Assembly: GCA_964628445.1 (NCBI GenBank)
Contig: CAZVOP010000002.1
Span: forward strand, 20,421-84,420
Direction of reading: 5' to 3'
DNA length: 64,000 bases
DNA from: an uncultured Pseudobdellovibrionaceae bacterium
GTDB taxonomy: Bacteria; Bdellovibrionota; Bdellovibrionia; Bdellovibrionales; UBA1609
Part shown: positions 57,727 to 64,000 of the stretch, piece after piece
Position numbering within the stretch: the stretch's first letter is position 1
Layout: every line of letters starts with the position of its first letter
The notes under the pieces: model-generated
The model's input: the letters and a program-made list of their open reading frames with translations, nothing else
Databases searched by the model: none
What the model was told of the DNA's origin: nothing
Position numbers and translations under genes: made by a program

Positions 57727-58394
57727 GTATTCCCCCTTTAGGAATTTAGTTTGTAAATTTGAAGACAAACACCCGGCCGGGAAGTTCAATCTACAAAGGT
57801 AATATGGACCGCCAGTAAATTTCGTCAAGGCTCGCTCCGAACAAATTTAAAAAAAATTTCCCAAAACATGACCATTGACGTAAGCACATCGCGGCGCTGA
57901 AATAAATCAATCCCGACATCCGCAAAATACGTAAAATAGAATAGATATTTTAGATAGTTAATGCGACATAGCCAAATGCTGAGACGTGGTGAACAGGGCG
58001 CGGACACCAAAGTTCAGAATCGAATCTTTAAGTATTTATTTTGATGAATCCCATTCGACTATCGTCAGTGAATAATGAGGTAGTCGTTTCGGACACTAGA
58101 TAGCGGAATCATTGATCATCACCTTGCCCCCAATTTACCCGCACAGTTACCGCCTGCGGGCGAGCAAGGTCTACCGATTCATTTTTCACGGGATCAAAAA
58201 TATTCTTTCCCAGTACGGAAGCTTGGTTGGGCAAGCATGGAGCAACCATGACCAAGATTTCGCACTTGTAACGTCCATTCCCGATGTTGAACACAGTGTC
58301 ACTCACCTGCTAAAATATTTACCATTCGCCCCGCTCGGTGGTTGCAATCATCCAAATGTAAATCCAGACTTGAAATTTAAATGGGGGAGTTTTC

Positions 58395-58805
58395 ATGAAA
58401 TGGATGTTCATCGCCGTTTTTGCGTTGTCGGCCTTTGTGGCGCAAGTGGCGTCTGCGTCTCCGGACTGCATTGAAAATTATTGGGACATGGGTGAAGGTG
58501 TGGCCGTGGTCGGCTTTCAGTGCGGCAGCCAAGGCGATGGGATCGGACCTGAAGAAGGGCGGCTCTTTTTCTGCCAGCGCGAAACCTTGCTCGCCAAAGG
58601 TGTCTGTACCGGGAGCAACCAATCGATCGCTTGCCGTTGGCAAGAGAGCACAACCTCTTGGCTTTGCCATGAGCAACCAAATGGAAATGCGCGCTTCGAT
58701 GCCGCCATCAAAAGAATTTCAGCAAACCAAATCCACTATCAAGCCAAATCCCACTTCAATGAAGTCGATTTGATCGGGACTCTTATCCCGACGGCTGCGA
58801 AATGA
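58395..58805 (+). CDS. small secreted Cys-rich protein
   Basis: GGGGGAG lies before the ATG; signal peptide MKWMFIAVFALSAFVAQVASA. The mature part has 6 Cys. Confidence 0.6.
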   Translation: MKWMFIAVFALSAFVAQVASASPDCIENYWDMGEGVAVVGFQCGSQGDGIGPEEGRLFFCQRETLLAKGVCTGSNQSIACRWQESTTSWLCHEQPNGNARFDAAIKRISANQIHYQAKSHFNEVDLIGTLIPTAAK

Positions 58806-59965
58806 GTTGTCCTGCTTTGCGGGCGCAGTGTGAAAAAATCATTCTCATTGCGCTGTGCCTATTTGCAGCCTCACCTGCTGTTGCCGCACCCCTCTGGGAG
58901 TTGAATCAACTTTCCATTTTGATGCCGCTGCCGGAGCGCGAGGCCCCAAACCACCTTTGGGCTCCCAAAACCAGAGTGCGTGACGGAGTTCCTCTGCCTG
59001 AGCAAGTGTATCAAGCTTTACCTCTGCTGGTGATTCCAGGTGATCGCAATTGGCTGTTTGAACATCTGCGTGTAGTGGCCGTGCGGATCGATCCCTGCTT
59101 TATTGAAGGGAGCGAGCCTTGCCAAAAGCAAATTCGCTTCGTCTGGCAGCCGGTCGAGCAAGTGAACGGCGTTTGGCGAACTCTCGATGCCGCGATTCAC
59201 ACCTTTCATCTGCTGGATGATCGCTCGTGGAGCGACCTCGTTGCGGAACTTGCAAAGCTCAATAAGAAATTTCCCATTCCACCGAATCTGCCCCTTGGCA
59301 TTCACCCTCTGCTTAAAGTCCAAGGCATGACCGGAGCCTTTGCAACGGAACTCGCACGCATCTTGATTGGGCATATTCGCGAGAAAAATTTTATTCGCGC
59401 TACGGCGATGACCGTGAACACTGAGGGCACCATTTGGGTGTTCACTGGATTCGATGTCAAAGACGGACAGCTTACGCGAACGTCCATCCCCAAGACCGAC
59501 AACGTGGCGCAAGCCTTTTTTTCGAATTTGAAAGGAAGCCCGGAATACATCACGCGAATGAATCCCGAACCATCGGGGGAACAACTATTTCTGACTTTGC
59601 TGTCGGATTCTTTTCAGGCGAAACAAAAAATGAGCCAAAATGACGTTGTTGAGGTGGTTCGCAAATCTTTGGAGTTCGGCAATCCAAGACTCTCCAACCC
59701 GGGAACCGTGGACTGCGCAAGTTGCCATGCCGCTCGCGCCCTGCCCGCCTGGGGGCAAGTCAATTTTCCGAACTGGGATTGGCAAGGGCTGTTCGCAAAA
59801 GAGATCTTTCGCGGCCAAGGGAATTTAAACAACACCAGCATCAGGCCTGAGCGCACGAATGTTTTACGATCCTTCGGTTATTTTGAAAGCGATCCCGCAA
59901 TCTCGCCGCGAGTGATTCACGAGACGTCATTAGCCGCGGAATTGATGAATCAAGCTCCGGAATAG
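58802..59965 (+). CDS. hypothetical secreted protein with a single CXXCH motif
   Basis: ATGA overlap with the upstream stop. Signal-like LIALCLFAASPAVAA. The motif occurs in GTVDCASCHAARAL. Confidence 0.6.
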   Translation: MSCPALRAQCEKIILIALCLFAASPAVAAPLWELNQLSILMPLPEREAPNHLWAPKTRVRDGVPLPEQVYQALPLLVIPGDRNWLFEHLRVVAVRIDPCFIEGSEPCQKQIRFVWQPVEQVNGVWRTLDAAIHTFHLLDDRSWSDLVAELAKLNKKFPIPPNLPLGIHPLLKVQGMTGAFATELARILIGHIREKNFIRATAMTVNTEGTIWVFTGFDVKDGQLTRTSIPKTDNVAQAFFSNLKGSPEYITRMNPEPSGEQLFLTLLSDSFQAKQKMSQNDVVEVVRKSLEFGNPRLSNPGTVDCASCHAARALPAWGQVNFPNWDWQGLFAKEIFRGQGNLNNTSIRPERTNVLRSFGYFESDPAISPRVIHETSLAAELMNQAPE

Positions 59966-59970
59966 AGCCT

Positions 59971-60801
59971 ATGAAAAAGCCGATCTGCATCCTCGCACTT
60001 ATGTTGTTGTTGGTTTGGCTGACGCCTACGAAGCCCATTGATCCGTGGAATCTGCTCAGCCCGAAAAAAATTGCGATCATGATTACGGCGCTGACGCTGA
60101 TACAAATCATGGGTTCAGCAATGGCGCAATTCTTGGGCGCAAGAGCCGGAGCGATTCTAACCGGATTTTTCGGCGGCCTAATTTCAAGTACCGCGACCAC
60201 AGCTTCGCTGGCACGAAGAAGCAAAATTCCAAACGACGTGCAGCGAGAGACCGGAATTCTCACTTTTCTTTCTGCAACGGCGGCCATGCTGTTTGAGGCG
60301 GCGGGCTTAGTTCTTACCGGTACGGATGAAATCCATTATACCCTGTCATTGATATTTCTTGGGCCACTTTTGACATCGGGACTGATGCTCTTATTCTACT
60401 CAAGAAACATTCCTCACCGGGAGTCGCGTCTTGAGTCCTCGGATTTTAAAATAGCTTCGATTTTAAAACTCTCGGCATTTATCATTGCAATACTCACCCT
60501 ATCTAAAATCTTACAGAATGCTTTCGGACAATACGGGCTTATTGGTCTAACATTTATTGTTTCACTGTTTGAAATTCATGGCTCTGTCATTGCAAATGTT
60601 CAGTTGCACGATTTAGGCACGATAAGCGTTCCCCTTCTCGGTGGATTGCTGGCTCTGTCCATCATCGCCTCCTATCTTTCCAAACTATTTTTGATATCGA
60701 CCTTGGGAAGTTCCGCACTCAAGCGCCAAGCGATTAAAGCCACCAGCCTTCTATTTTTATCGCTGCTTATAAGTTGGTCTCTTTTTATCGGCCTCGTCTA
60801 G
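59971..60801 (+). CDS. polytopic membrane protein (DUF4010-like)
   Basis: 276 aa with multiple TM helices. LTGFFGGLISSTATTASLARRSK resembles the DUF4010 core as recalled. Confidence 0.55.
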   Translation: MKKPICILALMLLLVWLTPTKPIDPWNLLSPKKIAIMITALTLIQIMGSAMAQFLGARAGAILTGFFGGLISSTATTASLARRSKIPNDVQRETGILTFLSATAAMLFEAAGLVLTGTDEIHYTLSLIFLGPLLTSGLMLLFYSRNIPHRESRLESSDFKIASILKLSAFIIAILTLSKILQNAFGQYGLIGLTFIVSLFEIHGSVIANVQLHDLGTISVPLLGGLLALSIIASYLSKLFLISTLGSSALKRQAIKATSLLFLSLLISWSLFIGLV

Positions 60802-60825
60802 AAGAGAATGCACTGGCCTTAAGGC

Positions 60826-61602
60826 TTATGAGCTTCGCTTTGGTAATATAACTTCAGTAGATCTCAATTGTTCACATTGCGGCTCAGAGCCTGCACACGC
60901 ACGCCCCTGCACACTTAACTTTCCCGAGGCGGGGGTGAATTCGAAATTGGACAGTTCGATATGGCCTTCGGCCGGTTGATCTTGACCAAGGCCTTGGCAT
61001 TTCAGCGCACTCAGTTTTTGTTCGGAATCGAGTTGAAAGACGCAAGTGGCTTCGCGGTCAAGACGGGCCAGCCTCTGCCCGAAGCCGTCGGCGAACCATA
61101 TTGTTCGCATCGTGATGCGAATTTCTGAATTTTCAAAATTAAAGCGCGCGATATTTTGAAAATCCGCATTGGCGCAATTCTCCGTGGCATCCAAAACGAC
61201 GGCAGAGATGGGCTTATCCTCTTTGGTGTTGTCTTGCGTGATGCGCAGGCGGGACTTAAATTTAGGGCACTGATCGAGCGTCACTTCCAGCCGATCTTCC
61301 TTCTGATGTGATTTCAAGAATGACGAAACCGCGCGAAAGGGCGATGTGACGTTCTTCTGAATGGGATTTTGCAGGGCCCAAAAGCTCAAGAAGGCGCCGT
61401 CGGCTTCGTCGAGTGCGCTCAGCAGAATATGAAATTTGGCCGGCGTCACGTAACTCTTGCGCGCGCTCTTTGAGCTCTCGGCCTTCTTTTTCTTGGCCGG
61501 CGCTTTGTGAGTCGCACCGTCACGCGAACAAGCCGCCGCGGCGATCAAAACCGCGACAAGAAGAACCGTCATTATTCCGAACTGAGCACTTTGCCGACCC
61601 AT
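60826..61602 (-). CDS. hypothetical lipoprotein
   Basis: ATG 61602 gives MGRQSAQFGIMTVLLVAVLIAAAACSRD, which contains a lipobox. The start is uncertain. Confidence 0.55.
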   Translation of the reverse strand: MGRQSAQFGIMTVLLVAVLIAAAACSRDGATHKAPAKKKKAESSKSARKSYVTPAKFHILLSALDEADGAFLSFWALQNPIQKNVTSPFRAVSSFLKSHQKEDRLEVTLDQCPKFKSRLRITQDNTKEDKPISAVVLDATENCANADFQNIARFNFENSEIRITMRTIWFADGFGQRLARLDREATCVFQLDSEQKLSALKCQGLGQDQPAEGHIELSNFEFTPASGKLSVQGRACAGSEPQCEQLRSTEVILPKRSS

Positions 61603-61751
61603 GGACCTTCCGATGAATATGAAGATAACTTGAAAATGCAAAGCCCAGGCCTCATGAGATCGAATTGGCGGCGCTCCCACCATACGTCTAGTGCGAAAAT
61701 GACAAAGATCGGCGTTTGAGCGCGAGTTTTGGACCTGCTAATCTATTGTTA

Positions 61752-62876
61752 ATGCCTGGATTGAAAAAATGGATTTTTTCAACATTCACCGTCCTTCTGA
61801 TATTTGGCGACGCCGCCTGGGCGGAGCTGCCCTCGCGCGAGCCGAGCGCACGCTCCACTAAACGCCCGCGCCCCACTGTGATGGAAAAGAAAACCCCGTA
61901 TTTCGCGACCGCATCGCTGTCCACCGCCATTGGGTTGTTCGGCGAAAAAGAAAATCAGCCGGCCAGTGCCCGCATTGGCGGCGGTAAGGCCAGCGCTGGA
62001 AGCGTTCCCAACGCGGCCAACGTGCTTCTCATCGGGGGGCATAACCTCTCCGAGCGCGACAAAATTACCGCCCTCTATTTATACAGCCATCACTATTTGG
62101 ACCGCGATGACAGCGGCGCAACGATTTCCTTTTTGCCGCCCCAGCAATTGTTCGGACTCGGTTACACTCACCAGTTTCTAAAAGAGCTGGCCTTTGACTT
62201 CGCCTACACTTATCTCGACACGACCGGCATTCAAGATCCGACGTTGAGCCTCGAGTACAAAGGTAAACTGGACGAGTTTGATAAAAATCTAGGTTGGAGT
62301 TTAGGATTGGGCGCAAGCTTGCCTTTTTCCTACCGCAGCTACGAGCTCGCCAAAGTGACGACGCTCTCCACCAACGGTGGACTCCGTTATCATCAAGGCT
62401 CATGGGATTGGACCACACGCCTCTCTTATTCTTACACCATTTATGAAAACTCGGACGTCCTGCTGGATGAAGAAGAAGACGATGGCGCGGCCGGAGTCTC
62501 ACCGGGCGGAAGCCTTTTCGAAGAGTACGACAGCGAGTATGCCGACGGTTCAGGACTTCCCAGCTATGACGTCAACTATCTCTCACGCGAGCTATCGGGA
62601 ACCCGCGGCAACATGGGCGTCACCTATAAACTCAATTCGATGTGGGAAGTGGGAAGCGCCGGCGGCCTATCGTACAGCTACCTCAGCCACGCGTACGCAC
62701 GCTGGACAAGCAATATCACGGTCATGTCCATCGGCTTTAGCTTCAAGGGGTTTGCGATCGATATGGCCGCGACACTCACTTCATCGAAAGAAAAAACCGA
62801 CGATCCCACGTTTCCTGAAAAATGGGGCGGCCGCATCGGACTGGCTTACAAGCTGCCGCTGATTGGAACGCCTTAG
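61752..62876 (+). CDS. hypothetical secreted / possible outer-membrane protein
   Basis: ATG 61752 gives MPGLKKWIFSTFTVLLIFGDAAWA. The protein is Y/G/S/T-rich with alternating segments. No family recognised. Confidence 0.5.
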   Translation: MPGLKKWIFSTFTVLLIFGDAAWAELPSREPSARSTKRPRPTVMEKKTPYFATASLSTAIGLFGEKENQPASARIGGGKASAGSVPNAANVLLIGGHNLSERDKITALYLYSHHYLDRDDSGATISFLPPQQLFGLGYTHQFLKELAFDFAYTYLDTTGIQDPTLSLEYKGKLDEFDKNLGWSLGLGASLPFSYRSYELAKVTTLSTNGGLRYHQGSWDWTTRLSYSYTIYENSDVLLDEEEDDGAAGVSPGGSLFEEYDSEYADGSGLPSYDVNYLSRELSGTRGNMGVTYKLNSMWEVGSAGGLSYSYLSHAYARWTSNITVMSIGFSFKGFAIDMAATLTSSKEKTDDPTFPEKWGGRIGLAYKLPLIGTP

Positions 62877-62932
62877 ACGCATGCATACGCTTACATATTG
62901 AACGCGGCGGATAGATGAACTAAATTCGCAAT

Positions 62933-63628
62933 ATGAAGCGATCCATGCATACCGAATCTCACCGCTCTGAACACATCAATTGGCTTCGGGCCGCCGTCCT
63001 CGGTGCAAATGACGGAATTGTATCCACCGCAAGCCTTATCGTCGGGGTTGCCGCCGCAAACTCCTCGCACCACAACATTTTGCTTACGGGAATCGCGGGC
63101 CTCGTTGCCGGCGCCATGTCCATGGCCTCCGGCGAATACGTTTCGGTGAGTTCCCAGTCAGACACCGAAAATGCCGATCTCAATCGCGAAAGAAAAGAAC
63201 TTGCCTCCAACATCGAATATGAACGCGCGGAACTTTCGCAAATCTATGTCCACAGAGGCCTCGAGCCAAAGCTGGCCGCGCAAGTCGCAGAACAACTGAT
63301 GGCCCATGATGCGCTCGGAAGTCACGCCCGGGACGAACTCGGCATCACGGAGACTCTCCGCGCGCGTCCTCTACAGGCCGCCTTGGCTTCTGCGATCGCG
63401 TTCTCCGCGGGGGCCGCACTACCACTGGCGATGACACTTGTGGCGTCTCCAAAAAATCTGATCGCCCTTGTCTCTGGAGCGTCTCTCGTATTTTTGGTTA
63501 TGCTCGGAGGCCTTGCCGCACATGTCGGGGGTGCCAATATCTGGAAAGGTTCAGCCCGAGTTGGATTTTGGAGCGCATTAGCTATGGCCATCACCGCCGG
63601 CATTGGAGCGATGTTCGGGACAGGTTGA
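62933..63628 (+). CDS. VIT1/CCC1 family iron/manganese transporter
   Basis: HRSEHINWLRAAVLGANDGIVSTASLIVGVAAA is followed by a soluble helical insert and C-terminal TM helices. Confidence 0.85.
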   Translation: MKRSMHTESHRSEHINWLRAAVLGANDGIVSTASLIVGVAAANSSHHNILLTGIAGLVAGAMSMASGEYVSVSSQSDTENADLNRERKELASNIEYERAELSQIYVHRGLEPKLAAQVAEQLMAHDALGSHARDELGITETLRARPLQAALASAIAFSAGAALPLAMTLVASPKNLIALVSGASLVFLVMLGGLAAHVGGANIWKGSARVGFWSALAMAITAGIGAMFGTG

Positions 63629-63664
63629 ACACTCACCTTCGGCGCCGAAGGTGAATGGGGTGCC

Positions 63665-64000
63665 TTAGATCTGACGCAAAATCTCGTGGATCGCTTTTTG
63701 ATCTTTATCTTCCAGCGCCTTTTCGATTTTCAGACTGGCCAGATCTTGTCCGATCGTGAGGACCGCGGCGATTTGCCCCTGCTTATAAAAAGCCACGGCA
63801 CCGCTGCCGCCCTTCAGGTTTCCATGCACCTCCGCCTTAGTCCAATCTCTGGCATTGCCCACGTAATTTAAAACGATGCCGAATTGCTGGCTCCAAAAAA
63901 ACGGAATGTCATTGTGCTCCTGATTTTGCCCCAACATATTCAGAGCCGCGCTCTGGCCTTGGCGCTGCGCCACGGCCCAATGTTCCGCGCGATAACGTCC
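63665..64000 (-). CDS. FAD-dependent pyridine nucleotide-disulfide (ferredoxin reductase/AIF-like) oxidoreductase, C-terminal part only
   Basis: The frame stays open to the window edge (GRYRAEHWAVAQRQGQSAALNMLG...). PFFWSQQFG...VAFY..G.IAAV is typical of the Reductase_C domain. Confidence 0.7.
   Translation of the reverse strand, partial: GRYRAEHWAVAQRQGQSAALNMLGQNQEHNDIPFFWSQQFGIVLNYVGNARDWTKAEVHGNLKGGSGAVAFYKQGQIAAVLTIGQDLASLKIEKALEDKDQKAIHEILRQI

Noticed and set aside
58109-58306. 65-aa minus-strand ORF in the long gap upstream of the 58395 operon
   Set aside because: It has no SD, no recognisable motif, and a 120-aa plus-strand ORF overlaps the same region. I cannot tell whether either is real.
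41676-61000. Direct repeat of the tRNA-Pro 3' end that would mark the distal att site of the island
   Set aside because: I found no convincing copy by eye. The nearest resemblance (GTTCAGAATCGAATC around 58012) is too weak. The island's distal boundary therefore stays undefined and needs a computational search.
1-64000. CRISPR arrays, rRNA genes, additional tRNAs, prophage structural genes
   Set aside because: I noticed no regularly spaced direct repeats and no rRNA-like or further cloverleaf sequences on either strand. The only tandem repeat seen is the coding PT linker at 51853-51912.

Overview
64 kb chromosomal segment with about 60 protein genes and one tRNA; I saw no rRNA and no CRISPR array. 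The gene content suggests a Bdellovibrio-like predatory bacterium: a TIGR02147/DUF4423-type protein, many signal-peptide proteins, and MltA / peptidoglycan-deacetylase / protease genes. This taxonomic call is inference only. Well-supported genes include htpX, pgi, a PTS pair (EIIA-HPr-EI fusion plus EIICB), an XPD/DinG-type Fe-S helicase with an N-terminal PD-(D/E)XK nuclease domain, and an exonuclease-like/GIY-YIG fusion. Others are a PQQ-type sugar dehydrogenase, a FAD/Rieske oxidoreductase, a CPA2 antiporter, a VIT-family transporter, a NodB deacetylase flanked by two MltA paralogs, a Doc/Fic-like protein, an S1 protease and tRNA-Pro(CGG). Directly 3' of the tRNA lies a visibly AT-richer accessory region (about 41.7-50.9 kb). 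It holds a gene remnant, an IS3 OrfA-like remnant and a tightly coupled operon of five unrecognisable exported proteins plus a DHFR-like gene. I consider this operon the best candidate for an undescribed system. Other candidates: (i) an operon (1-5943) joining an AlkP-superfamily phosphodiesterase to two paralogous Glu5-less prepilin-like proteins; (ii) a translationally coupled module (29821-32175) of an unlisted 44-aa Cys-rich peptide, a WHxH-motif protein, a GNAT and a FAD oxidoreductase; (iii) three GH16-like paralogs, one with the catalytic ExDxxE motif lost, next to a TPR/wHTH regulator and a perfect 15-bp inverted repeat. All family calls come from motifs read by eye; no database search was run.
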